Positions 21,027-31,168 of a stretch of DNA of 64,000 bases are shown here, one piece after another. The position numbers were made by a program, and so were the translations under genes. This DNA comes from Candidatus Latescibacterota bacterium. GTDB taxonomy: Bacteria > Latescibacterota > UBA2968. Within the stretch, counting starts at the first letter, position 1; every line of letters starts with the position of its first letter. The stretch covers positions 1,792,001 to 1,856,000 of the forward strand of contig OZ240241.1 in NCBI GenBank assembly GCA_965198115.1. The letters run 5' to 3'. The notes beneath the pieces are model-generated. The model saw nothing but the letters and a program-made list of their open reading frames with translations. It was not told the DNA's origin and searched no databases.

Positions 21027-22274
21027 ATGGAGAAGCTATTTGCAGGGGATGGCGAAGTCAAGGTTGGGTCAGACGTTATGGATTTGGAGACGCGTTTATC
21101 GGTGATCCGGGCGCTGATTCCGCTGGGTCTGGAGGCCGTTGCCGACGTGCTCCAGCAGGAGGTGGAGCAGCTCGCAGGCGTTCGGTATGCGCGTAAGGGT
21201 TCAGAGCAGTCGCATCGTCGATGGGGAAGCCAGAAAGGGTCCGTGTATCTGATGGACCAGAAGCTGCCGGTGGCCGTTCCCCGTGTGCGCGACGTCGAGT
21301 CCGATACGGAGGTTTCTCTGGCCGCATACCGGGGGATGCAGAGGCCCAGAGCGATGGATGAGAAGCTGCTGCTTCGTGTGCTCAAGGGAATCTCCTGTCG
21401 CAACTACAGAGCCTGTGCAGAGTCGGTACCCGAAGCGTTCGGAATCTCGGCATCCTCCGTCTCGCGACGGTTCATCAAAGCCACCGCAAAGAAGCTGAAG
21501 CAGTTCCAGGAACGACCGCTCGACGACTACGACTTGGTCGCCCTGTTCATCGACGGAAAGAGCTTTGCCGACGAAGAGATCGTGATCGCTCCGGGCGTCA
21601 CGACGGACGGCCAGAAGATCCCCCTGGGCTTCGTCGAATCGGCGACGGAGAACGAACGGATCTGCCGTCAGCTGATCCAGGATCTCATCCGGAGAGGCCT
21701 GTGCTACGACCAGGGCCTTCTCGTTGTGCTGGACGGCTCAAAGGGACTCCGCAGTGCCGTCACCAAAGCCCTCAAAGGGGATGTGTGCGTGCATCGCTGT
21801 CAGTGGCACAAGCGCGAGAACGTCGTCAGCTACCTCCCGGAGGCAGAACGTCCAAGAGTTCGACGGAAACTTCAGAAAGCCTATGACTGCGACACCTACG
21901 AGGAGGCAAAGGCCGCACTCGAATCACTCAAACCCGAACTCAAGCTGATGAATCAGTCTGCCGTGGCAAGCCTCGAGGAAGGACTGGAGGAAACCCTGAC
22001 CCTCCACCGGCTGGGGATGCTCCCGTTCTTGAAGCGAAGCTTCCGAACCACCAATTGCATCGAGGCGCTCAACAGCATGACCGGCAACCTGATACGGAAG
22101 GTCAACCGCTGGAACAACTCTCCTCAGCGACACAGATGGGTCGCGGCCGCACTCCTCGACATCGAACCACGCCTGCGACGCGTGAGCGGATACAAACACC
22201 TCCCGCTGCTCAGGCAAGCACTGAAAAACAACCTGAATCTCGGCGACAATCAAGATGCTCGGCAGAGAGCATGA
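21027..22274 (+). CDS. IS256 (Mutator-like) transposase
   Basis: LFIDG, VLDGSKGL, RCQWHKREN, RTTNCIE. Confidence 0.93.
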   Translation: MEKLFAGDGEVKVGSDVMDLETRLSVIRALIPLGLEAVADVLQQEVEQLAGVRYARKGSEQSHRRWGSQKGSVYLMDQKLPVAVPRVRDVESDTEVSLAAYRGMQRPRAMDEKLLLRVLKGISCRNYRACAESVPEAFGISASSVSRRFIKATAKKLKQFQERPLDDYDLVALFIDGKSFADEEIVIAPGVTTDGQKIPLGFVESATENERICRQLIQDLIRRGLCYDQGLLVVLDGSKGLRSAVTKALKGDVCVHRCQWHKRENVVSYLPEAERPRVRRKLQKAYDCDTYEEAKAALESLKPELKLMNQSAVASLEEGLEETLTLHRLGMLPFLKRSFRTTNCIEALNSMTGNLIRKVNRWNNSPQRHRWVAAALLDIEPRLRRVSGYKHLPLLRQALKNNLNLGDNQDARQRA

Positions 22275-22310
22275 ATACCACGGAGCCCGATGAGTTTCAA
22301 CTGACTATGG

Positions 22311-23103
22311 TGTTACGGCTTACGATAGGTTCCCTCCCAAGTTACGCTATTCGCATTCTCACGCACCAAGAACTGACGACCCGGGGCTAAGGGGGATGAA
22401 CTCTCTGGGCGTTCCGATGTAGACCGCGCCCTTTTTCATTTTCCCACACGCCGCGAGAAATAGGACCGATTAGGCTCAAGACGTGGTCAGGCCAGGTCCC
22501 AGCGGGCATAGGGGGGGTGCGCGGTGTTGGCCCTGGGCGCGTCGCTGGCCCGAGGCCCGCACCGGGGGGGGTAGGGGGGAAACGGTCAGCTCTCTTTTGG
22601 ACACCGGTCATGTCCCGTTTCTTTTACTAATCCGTCCTAATTTTAGTTCCGGACTGGCGCATCGCGGCCGTTGTCGACGAAAGGGGGTTTTTTCAGGTGT
22701 CGGAAACACTTAAACCAGTGCAAAAACAAGAGCTTGCGTATGTCGACAAGGTGGTTTTGAAGCTGCTTCCCGAAAATGGCGAAGCGGGGTAGAAAATCGG
22801 CCATTTCCCTGGCGGTGTTGCCGATGGCGGACCCGTCGGAGGTCGAGAGCGTTTCGCGTCCCGATCCCCCGGAATGTGCCAAACGCGTTCGCGTAAAGAA
22901 AGGGACATCAGGCGTAGGTCCGACAACCGCTTTTGGCCGTTGCGCCTTGTAAGTACTCCTATGGCACTATGTCGCATGGCCGCCAGATCTTAGGTGACCC
23001 TCAACTCATTAGGGAACGGTCTCCACTGTTAACCGTATTGAAACGATTCTGCCTATTCTGCGAATAGCTTAAGCCGGGCGGAGAATTATCGCAAGGCGTC
23101 ACA
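22311..23103. mobile_element. Non-autonomous TGT...ACA element, copy 1 (793 bp, no transposase)
   Basis: ~45-bp imperfect IRs TGTTACGGCTTACGATA...TTACGCTATTCGCA / TGTGACGCCTTGCGATA...TTAAGCTATTCGCA; 7-bp TSD ACTATGG at 22304-22310 and 23104-23110. Confidence 0.9.
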
Positions 23104-23662
23104 ACTATGGGACTTGACCTTGCTTCACGCACTCCGATCACAGGGACTCAAGGGCACCGCGTGGACCAAACCTCAGGTCAACACGATACAGAACCGTTTC
23201 CTCAAAATCGGCGCGAGAGTCATTGAAAGCGCACGAAGAATCCGATTCCATTTTCCAACATCGTATCCACTCAAAAACGTCTTGGTGTCAATCATCACCA
23301 GGCTCGAAACGAACACGCAGTAACAACGCCGATCTATACCGGGGACAGCTATGTACACGTCGCAAAACAACACCTGTTCCGGACGAAAATCGTGACTCTT
23401 GCGACTCGTAGAGACCGCTTACGGGACCTTGGACATCCGAAGAAGCCGAGAACAAATCCTGTGCGTGATCACATCACTCCAAAACAACCTAAACTCAAAT
23501 TCATGCATGATTCAGGCTAAGACGAGACTGGACGCTTTGCTGTGACGCCTTGCGATAATTCTCCGCCCGGCTTAAGCTATTCGCAGAATAGGCAGAATCG
23601 TTTCAATACGGTTAACAGTGGAGACCGTTCCCTAATGAGTTGAGGGTCACCTAAGATCTGGC

Positions 23663-25035
23663 GAGCTATAATCAAAAGGTGTGGAAAAAGAGAAAGGGCG
23701 ACCCTACCCTTCCCGTGAGATAGTTGATTCACACAAAACCGGGTGAGAGGCCCGGTTGGGAAGGAGGATCGCCGTGAAGGAACATACGCATAGAGCCCCA
23801 TTGAAGTCCATGCCGACGTGGGAGACGGTTGACGATTGGATCCGTGAAGAGATCCAGGGCCGGTTCCAGTCCATTCTGGAGGAGGAGGCGACCGCGTTCT
23901 TGGGCCGGTCGTGGTATGAGCGCCGAGCCGAGGTTGATAGCTCCAGGGGCTACAGGAACGGCTACGGCAAGCCCCGGCGTCTCTCGACGAGCTGCGGAAC
24001 GATCAAGGTCCGGCGTCCCCGGGTTCGTGGTCTGGAAGAGCGGTTTGAAAGCCGCATCCTCCCCCTGTTCGCCCGGAGAACCAGGGCCATTGGAGATCTG
24101 CTTCCCGACCTTTATCTCCACGGTCTCTCCCAGGGCGACTTCGAGTTGTCTTTGCGTGCGCTGCTCGGTGATGGCGCGCCGCTTTCGCCGACCTCGATCG
24201 CTCGTCTTCGAGGGAAGTGGGAGGTCGACTTCCAGGACTGGAAAGAAAGGCGTCTGGATAATCGCGAACTGGTCTACGCCTGGGCTGATGGCATCTACGT
24301 CAAAGCCGGGCTCGAGCGCGAGAAGGCGTGTCTGCTGGTCGTGATCGGCGCGATGAGCGACGGCAGCAAGGAGATCCTGGCGATAGAACCCGGTTATCGA
24401 GAGTCTACAGAATCCTGGCTCACGGTGCTACGGGATCTCCGGGATCGCGGGCTCGAACATCCTGTCCTGATCGCCGCGGACGGGAATATGGGCATCTGGG
24501 CGGCCGTTGATCAGGTCTGGCCAGAGAGCCGGCAAAACGGTGCTGGAACCACAAGATCCTCAACGTGCTCGACAAGGTCGCCAAGCGTGCACAGGCTGAA
24601 GCCCGCGCACTGCTCGTCCAGATCCCCTATGCCGGCACGAAAAAGGAGGCCGAGAAGCTCCGGAAACGCTTTGCCGCACGGTATCGCTCACAGTTCCCTG
24701 CCGCCGTGGAGACGCTCGAAAGAAACTGGGATCGGATGGTCACGTTCTACGACTTCCCGAAGGAACACTGGAAACACCTGAGAACCACGAACGTCGTCGA
24801 GAGCCCCTTTGCTTCCGTTCGGCTTCGCACAAACGCCGCCAGGCGATTCAAGAAAGTCAGGAACGCCACGGCTCTCATCTGGCGTACGCTCAAGGTCGCA
24901 GAGAGCCGATTCAGGAAACTCACCGCGCCACACTTGCTACAACAAGTCTACGATCAGAAACACTCAACCGGACCGCAGGTCGAAGCCGGGAAGATGGCCG
25001 CCTGATTTCTTTTACACACCTATTGACCTGAGCTC
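23663..25035 (+). mobile_element. IS256-family element type C, copy 1 (transposase 23756-25005 frameshifted near 24535)
   Basis: IRs GAGCTATAATCAAAAGGTGTG / GAGCTCAGGTCAATAGGTGTG; TSD GATCTGGC / CATCTGGC; 1 bp shorter than the copy at 61056. Confidence 0.92.
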
Positions 25036-25636
25036 CATCTGGCGGCCATGCGACATAGTGCCATAGGAGTACTTACAAGGCGCAACGGCCAAAAGCGGTT
25101 GTCGGACCTACGCCTGATGTCCCTTTCTTTACGCGAACGCGTTTGGCACATTCCGGGGGATCGGGACGCGAAACGCTCTCGACCTCCGACGGGTCCGCCA
25201 TCGGCAACACCGCCAGGGAAATGGCCGATTTTCTACCCCGCTTCGCCATTTTCGGGAAGCAGCTTCAAAACCACCTTGTCGACATACGCAAGCTCTTGTT
25301 TTTGCACTGGTTTAAGTGTTTCCGACACCTGAAAAACCCCCCTTTCGTCGACAACGGCCGCGATGCGCCAGTCCGGAACGAAAATTAGGACGGATTAGTA
25401 AAAGAATGGGGACATGACCGGTGTCCAAAAGAGAGCTGACCGTTTCCACCCCCCCCACCCCCCTAGTGCGGGCCTCGGGCCAGCGACGCGCCCAGGGCCA
25501 ACACCGCGCACCCCCTATGCCCGCTGGGACCTGACCTGGCCACGTCTTGAGCCTAATCGGTCGAAACGCGCTATTTTCGCGGTTCGAGAGCCTACTTCTC
25601 GCGCGTGTGGGAAAATGAAAAGGGCGCGGTCTACAT

Positions 25637-27024
25637 GGTCAAGTCCCATAGTCAGTTGAAAACTCATCGGGCCCCGTAGTTTGGTCAGGCTCTCTTTTGA
25701 GCATTCTGTTCGTTGTCGAGATTCAGATCTTTGTTCAGTGCTTGCCTGAGTAGGGGAAGATGTTTGTATCCGCTCACGCGTCGCAGGCGAGGTTCGATGT
25801 CGAGGAGTGCGGCAGCCACCCATCTGTGTCTCTGGGGAGAGTTGTTCCAGCGTCTGACCTTCCGAGTGAGCTCGCCGGTCATGCTGTTGAGGGCTTCGAT
25901 GCAGTTGGTGGTTCGGAAGCTTCGTTTCAAGAATGGGAGCATACCCAGCCGGTGGAGGGTCAGGGTTTCCTCCAGGCCTTCCTCGAGGCTCGTTACGGCA
26001 GACTGATTCATCAGCTTCAGTTCGGGTTTAAGTGATTCGAGTGCGGCCTTTGCCTCCTCGTAGGTGTCGCAGTCATAGGCTTTCTGGAGCTTCCGTCGAA
26101 CTCTTGGACGTTCCCTCTCCGGGAGATAGCTGACGACATTCTCGCGCTTGTGCCACTGACAGCGATGCACGCGCACATACCCTTTGAGGGCTTTGGTGAC
26201 AGCACTGCGGAGTCCCTTTGAGCCGTCAAGCACAACGAGAAGGCCCTGGTCGTAGCACAGGCCTCTCCGGATGAGGTCCTGGATCAGCTGGCGGCAGATC
26301 CGTTCGTTCTCCGTCGCCGATTCGACGAAGCCCAGGGGGATCTTCTGGCCGTCCATCGTGACCCCCAGAGCGATCACGATCTCTTCGTCGGCAAAGCTCT
26401 TTCCGTCAATGAACAGGGTCACGAAGCCGTAGTCGTCGAGGGGACGCTCCTGGAACTGCTTCAGCTTCTTCGCGGTGGCTTTGATGAACCGCCGCGAGAC
26501 GGAGGACGCTGAGATACCAAACGCTTCTGGAACCGATTCGGCACAGGCCTTGTAGTTGCGGCACGAGATCCCCTTGAGAACACGAAGCAACAGCCCCTCG
26601 TCCGTCTTCTTGGGCGTCTGTAGAGCCCGGTATGCAGCCAGGGAAACCTCTGCGTCGGCCTCGACGTCGCGCACCCGGGGAACGTCTAACGGGAGCTTCT
26701 GGTCCATCAGATACACGGATCCCTTCTGGCTTCCCCACCGACGATGCGCCTGCTCCGAACCTTTGCGCGCATACCGAACGCCTGCGAGCTGCTCGACCTC
26801 CTGCTGGAGGAGGTCTGCCACTGCCTCCAGACCCAACGGGATCAACGCCTGGATCACCGACAAACGCGTCTCCAAATCGATGACATCGCCCTCAACCTTG
26901 ACTTCACCATCGCCTACAAATAGCTTCTCCATCTGGGCTCCTTTCTTACGGGTATACGCTCCTACACGTCTACCCAACGTAAGTTTGGAGCCCTCTAAGT
27001 TTCAACTACGATAGGCACAACACC
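25637..27024 (-). mobile_element. IS256-family element type A' (diverged relative of type A; transposase from 25685 to about 26932)
   Basis: Perfect 8-bp TSD GTCTACAT at 25629-25636 and 27025-27032; intact transposase ORF. Confidence 0.93.
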
Positions 27025-27049
27025 GTCTACATCGGGACGCCCAGAGAGT

Positions 27050-28117
27050 TCATCCTCCCTTATCTCCGGTCGTCAGTTCTTGGTGCGTGAGAATGCGAAT
27101 AGCGTAATCTGGGCGGGAATCTATCGTAAGCCGTAACAGCTTTGCGCGGCCAACAACCCCGTTGTGACCGCGTCCAACGTCGATGTCGGCGAGACCCGCA
27201 TTTTCGTGCCACTTTCTAAAGGTCCTGACGGTCTGAGGCTTATCGAAGACGGGTGACAACATGTCGAATGTATCGAGATAGGCCCACTCCCGGAGCATCT
27301 CATCCGTCGCTTCGGGGAGGACTCTGGAATAGTCCGCAACGAGCAGGCGCCAGTTGATTGCCGATCCGATGGCGGGTAGGCGCCTCAGAATGCGAGCAAG
27401 CGGCCACAAACAATCGACATGAGCCATTGTCCTTCGATAGAGCGACTCTGGATCTGACCGATCGATGAACGGACGGACCCAGTACTTCGTGTGGAGCGCC
27501 CAGTGAAGGAGATCTTTGATGTATATATCTGATGCGATCCTCCCTCCGGGCGAGAGCATGTCGGCAATACTTAGGAAGGCCGACCTTGGGTCTGGCGTGT
27601 GCTGCAGAACGCCGAAACAGAACACCTTTGGGAAGGTGTGAATCTTGAAGGGCATGGAGAACACATCAGCTTGAACGAGAAGGAGTCTCGGGTTCGAGCC
27701 GTTGGAACGGAAATTCGCGTCGACGGCAGCCGAATAGTCGAAGGAGACCACGGTTGCACCCGTATCCAGGGCCTCTCTGGTGAATCGCCCGGACCCGCTC
27801 CCGGCCTCGAGGATCGTCTCCCCCTCCAGACAGTCGTCCCACCCTGTCACCTCTGCGAAACGCTCCGATGTCGTTTCGTGCTGCGAGTAGTGATCGAACT
27901 GCGTCTGGTGGTGGATGTTCCATTCCGTGCCAAACGACCGGGCGTAGTTTTCTTCAGGAACAAACCGTGGAATGAAGTCTCGAACGGGATACGATGTCCC
28001 CTGATCGCTGACCAGCCGACCTTCCTGGACCTGATCGTTAACGAACGTAGCGTCGCGCAACTCCAGCGGCAAGCGGGTCTTGGGGCAGACGAGCAGAGAC
28101 AAATGTTCAGGACGCAC
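27050..28117 (-). CDS. Trm112-like domain plus class I SAM methyltransferase; C-terminus replaced by element-derived sequence
   Basis: LLVCPKT...YPVRDFIPRF, LEAGSGSGRF, FGVLQHTPDP; native end GRAKRPVSS* lies at 23540-23517. Confidence 0.87.
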   Translation of the reverse strand: MRPEHLSLLVCPKTRLPLELRDATFVNDQVQEGRLVSDQGTSYPVRDFIPRFVPEENYARSFGTEWNIHHQTQFDHYSQHETTSERFAEVTGWDDCLEGETILEAGSGSGRFTREALDTGATVVSFDYSAAVDANFRSNGSNPRLLLVQADVFSMPFKIHTFPKVFCFGVLQHTPDPRSAFLSIADMLSPGGRIASDIYIKDLLHWALHTKYWVRPFIDRSDPESLYRRTMAHVDCLWPLARILRRLPAIGSAINWRLLVADYSRVLPEATDEMLREWAYLDTFDMLSPVFDKPQTVRTFRKWHENAGLADIDVGRGHNGVVGRAKLLRLTIDSRPDYAIRILTHQELTTGDKGG

Positions 28118-29147
28118 CGTCGTTCCCCTGGTTGCCCGGGATCACGAATGCTTTGCTGGCGGCAACGTAGGACCAGACCACGCCCCCTTCGAGGCCTTCT
28201 AAGATCCACCCATCTCCTTGCCTGTTCACCTTGGTCCGCGAGCGATCGAGCCACCAGCGCGCGACGTCTCTTGGCAGGGCTGCCCAACATCCTCCGGTCT
28301 CGGCCACGTTGCTCAGAAAGGTCTGGTAGGCGGAGAGCGTGTCCGGGTCTCTCAAATAGTCCGGATGCGTGTTCATTACGGCTGCCCCGTGATGGGCAGA
28401 AATGAACGCGCACTTCTCCAGCCACGTTGCCATCATCTCGGCGCCGAACATCTCTTTAAGCGTGTGGTCCTGCGGCAGCGTTGTCGGCAGTTCGACGAAC
28501 CGGCCGATCACGTAAGGCCAGACCGTCACCACGCCGCCGGGCATGGGCTCGTAGGGATCGGTATCGAAAAAGGACAGGTCATACTCGATGTTCAGGCGTT
28601 GCATCCACTCGGGATGTCGATGCATAAGTGGGGATCGAAACCCACACGCATTCCATTGCTTGAGATATCCATTGATCGATCGTGCACGATCTGAGAATTC
28701 GGACTGACTCTGGTAGAGCCGGCCGTCGTGGTTGAGCCCGTGCAGGCCAACCTCGAAGCCTCGCGCTCGGAGGCTCTGCAGAAGCTGTTCGGGGACGTCG
28801 TACGCGTGGGGGCTAAAGTTGAAGGAGGATCGAAACCCAAGCCGTTCCTCAACCGCTGCGACCTCGAGCACGAACTCGACGCCCTTGGGCGTCTCGACGT
28901 CGTGTGTAAGTACGAGGGCGAATGTGTGGGGGCCAGGCCACAGTCCGATGATCGGCAGTTTTTCCTGTTGGGTCCGTTTGGCGACTCCGTCCAGTATCGC
29001 ATACTGAAACCGGACGAACCTGTCTTCGATTGGCCACTGGAGTAAACTGTGAGCCTGACGACGATTCAGCCTCCGAAGCCAAGGCCGAAGCCCTCGGGGC
29101 AGGACAGGCCGGACCCATCTGTAGTAGAACCGGTTCGCTGCCGACAA
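28107..29147 (-). CDS. Polysaccharide deacetylase (CE4-like) family protein
   Basis: LTHDVE, EVGLHG.NH, GFRSP, ELPTTLPQD, HPDY. Confidence 0.85.
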   Translation of the reverse strand: MSAANRFYYRWVRPVLPRGLRPWLRRLNRRQAHSLLQWPIEDRFVRFQYAILDGVAKRTQQEKLPIIGLWPGPHTFALVLTHDVETPKGVEFVLEVAAVEERLGFRSSFNFSPHAYDVPEQLLQSLRARGFEVGLHGLNHDGRLYQSQSEFSDRARSINGYLKQWNACGFRSPLMHRHPEWMQRLNIEYDLSFFDTDPYEPMPGGVVTVWPYVIGRFVELPTTLPQDHTLKEMFGAEMMATWLEKCAFISAHHGAAVMNTHPDYLRDPDTLSAYQTFLSNVAETGGCWAALPRDVARWWLDRSRTKVNRQGDGWILEGLEGGVVWSYVAASKAFVIPGNQGNDGAS

Positions 29148-29353
29148 CCTGAAGTCCGTAGGGCAAAAATACTGTTCAGCAAGGACACGCTGGTAGGCAT
29201 CTGGCGCTGTGAGCCCGCGGTGCCCCGGCCCGAGGGCAAGCAGCGCATCTGAAGTCGCCTCGGTGAAGAAAGACTTAGGGGGTTCACTACAGATCCGCCA
29301 GAATGCGGCCGGCGTGTTGTCCGCGTACAGCTCCGCTAGTGTATCGATATCGT

Positions 29354-30391
29354 CTACCCTACGTGTTCATACAAAAGCTCGCCGACCGAACGGACGGCCA
29401 CGCTCGGAAGCCGACGAAGCAAACCCGACAGACTCGATCCAAGCCCGGACGTGGCCCCCTTCTGACCCCCGACATAGGTGTATCGCAGGTCGGATTCGAC
29501 CGTACCCCATCCACTTTTGAATGCTCGCAGGCCACCATTCTCCACGTCGGTCCGGCCAAAATCGAAGAGGGCCTGACCGTTCAGACAACCCCACTCGATG
29601 GCATGCCACAACACGGCGTGGTTGGGACTGAGCTTCCACGCACGATGATCCGAAGCGCTGTACTTGTAGATGACCTTCCTGTTCCAGACGAGAAAGATAG
29701 AACTGGCCACCGGACTGCCGGCGTGATACGCCGTGACCACAAAGCCGAGGCCCCGTCGGATCAGATGCTTCCACAGGAGGTTGAAGTATCGAAGTGGCTG
29801 AACCGGAACCCCGTGCCTGCGGCGCGTCTCTACGTGGAGACGATAGAAGGTGCGAAGCGCGGGATAGCTGGTTTCGTGCCGTATTCTTGCGCCTTGCCGG
29901 TAAGCTCGTTCCACACATTGCTGCACGCGTGTCTTCTTGAATGTGGAAAACACGACGCCAGGATCATCAGCCAGGTTGAGCGTGTGGAGAACCGCCGTCG
30001 TCGGGCTTGCGTCAAAATCGAGAGGGTCACCGGGAAACATCCCGCGCACTTCGATCTGCGGCGCACGTCCGCTCGAAACCAGCGCCTTGGCCCCCGAAAC
30101 GAGAAGCTCTGAGAGTGATTCCGAGCCACAAAGAGGCGTGCAGTGATCGGAAAAAGGAACGCCGACCCACCGACGGCCAGTCAGCGGACTCGATATGAAG
30201 GTGACTGGAAAGCCCGCAACAATTCTCTCTGATTCCCATAGGCCGACAATCCGCGCCCGGTATCCGTACGCGTCCGAAAGGCACCGCAGCCACTCTGGGT
30301 GATGGAAGATGCTGGAGTTCTCGTTCCCCTCTATGAACGAAGTCCACGCAGGATGGGAGGGATCCGACAGTCCAAAGCGAATGTTGCCCAT
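29354..30391 (-). CDS. GNAT / FemAB-like acyltransferase
   Basis: IFHHPEWL, PFSDHC, LSPNHAVLW, FDFGRT, GLRAFKSGWG. Confidence 0.87.
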   Translation of the reverse strand: MGNIRFGLSDPSHPAWTSFIEGNENSSIFHHPEWLRCLSDAYGYRARIVGLWESERIVAGFPVTFISSPLTGRRWVGVPFSDHCTPLCGSESLSELLVSGAKALVSSGRAPQIEVRGMFPGDPLDFDASPTTAVLHTLNLADDPGVVFSTFKKTRVQQCVERAYRQGARIRHETSYPALRTFYRLHVETRRRHGVPVQPLRYFNLLWKHLIRRGLGFVVTAYHAGSPVASSIFLVWNRKVIYKYSASDHRAWKLSPNHAVLWHAIEWGCLNGQALFDFGRTDVENGGLRAFKSGWGTVESDLRYTYVGGQKGATSGLGSSLSGLLRRLPSVAVRSVGELLYEHVG

Positions 30392-31168
30392 CTATCTGGC
30401 CGCCAGATTCCGCAAGTCCCTCAGGCGGAGCACCGATCGTCGTCCGTGTTCCTTCCTCTGGGATCGAGTTGGCCGCCTTTCGTAGACCCCTTGGGATTGC
30501 GTGGATGCCTGTTCCCAAAGCCGGTCGGCGTCGAGAATAAACCTGGTGACGCAGGCTTCCACAGCTACAGAAGCATGTTCTTCTACTTCATATTCGGACA
30601 TGTATCGTGTTATTGAGAACCTCTCCATCATACAAATCTCGCCCCGGTCCCAGGAGTACGCGTGTCTGTGGATCGTAACCGCCGAGTCACACCGTCCCCT
30701 CGAAAGAGCCCAGAAGTGTGGGGTGGGACCACGATTGTGGGGCAGCGACCCGGGGTGGACGTTCACGGAGTGACGCAGACCCGCCAAGGGAACAGGAATT
30801 CTGAAAGGAAAGATGCAGCTCACTAGGGTCTGAATGCCTGGGAGACCCCCGAGCAGCTGCGCCAGGTCCGACTTGCCGTCCCACGACACGACGGGCGGCC
30901 CGGGATGATCGATAAGGAATTCCCTGAGTGAACGGTACGGTCCGTAGCGTTTGATGCCGGAGCGGCGAAGCAGACAATGCATTGCCCTGACTGCGCCAAC
31001 AGCGCAGACAGACAAGGCGTACACCAGTCCCTGCTTCCAGAGGGACCGCTTCTGCCCCGAAGGGACGACAACTACCGCCAGTTTGGATTCTAAAACCACT
31101 GCAGCCGAAGCTGACGTCGGGCTCCACACGCTGCCGAGCAGTGCCACATCGCGTTGGCCCTCCTTCAT
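30392..31168 (-). CDS. Formyltransferase family protein
   Basis: NVHPGSLP.NRG..P.FWAL, VTIH, WDRGEI. Confidence 0.82.
   Translation of the reverse strand: MKEGQRDVALLGSVWSPTSASAAVVLESKLAVVVVPSGQKRSLWKQGLVYALSVCAVGAVRAMHCLLRRSGIKRYGPYRSLREFLIDHPGPPVVSWDGKSDLAQLLGGLPGIQTLVSCIFPFRIPVPLAGLRHSVNVHPGSLPHNRGPTPHFWALSRGRCDSAVTIHRHAYSWDRGEICMMERFSITRYMSEYEVEEHASVAVEACVTRFILDADRLWEQASTQSQGVYERRPTRSQRKEHGRRSVLRLRDLRNLAAR

Larger units (their letters stand above)
20932..23119 (+). mobile_element. IS256-family element type A, complete, with a non-autonomous element inside its right IR
   Basis: IRL GGTGAGGTCCCTATCCTAGTTGAAAC; 8-bp TSD TTGCTTCA at 20924-20931 and 23120-23127. Confidence 0.92.
20838..23516 (+). 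mobile_element. IS1380-family remnant (20838-20931 plus 23120-23516) split by IS256-A
   Basis: SDRTSCHKFEANQFRLFLHSAAYALL|HALR...FLKIGARV...HFPTSYP; end ATTCATGCATGATTCAGG. Confidence 0.8.
23541..27138. mobile_element. Non-autonomous TGT...ACA element, copy 2 (inverted; ~821 bp once two nested IS256 are removed)
   Basis: Same ends as copy 1; 7-bp TSD GCTTTGC at 23534-23540 and 27139-27145. Confidence 0.9.

Noticed and set aside
22311-23103. Tn7/CAST ends or protein-coding cargo (ORFs of 74-94 aa)
   Set aside because: The TSD is 7 bp rather than 5, no tns or cas genes are present, and the small ORFs lack recognisable motifs and partly differ in frame between copies
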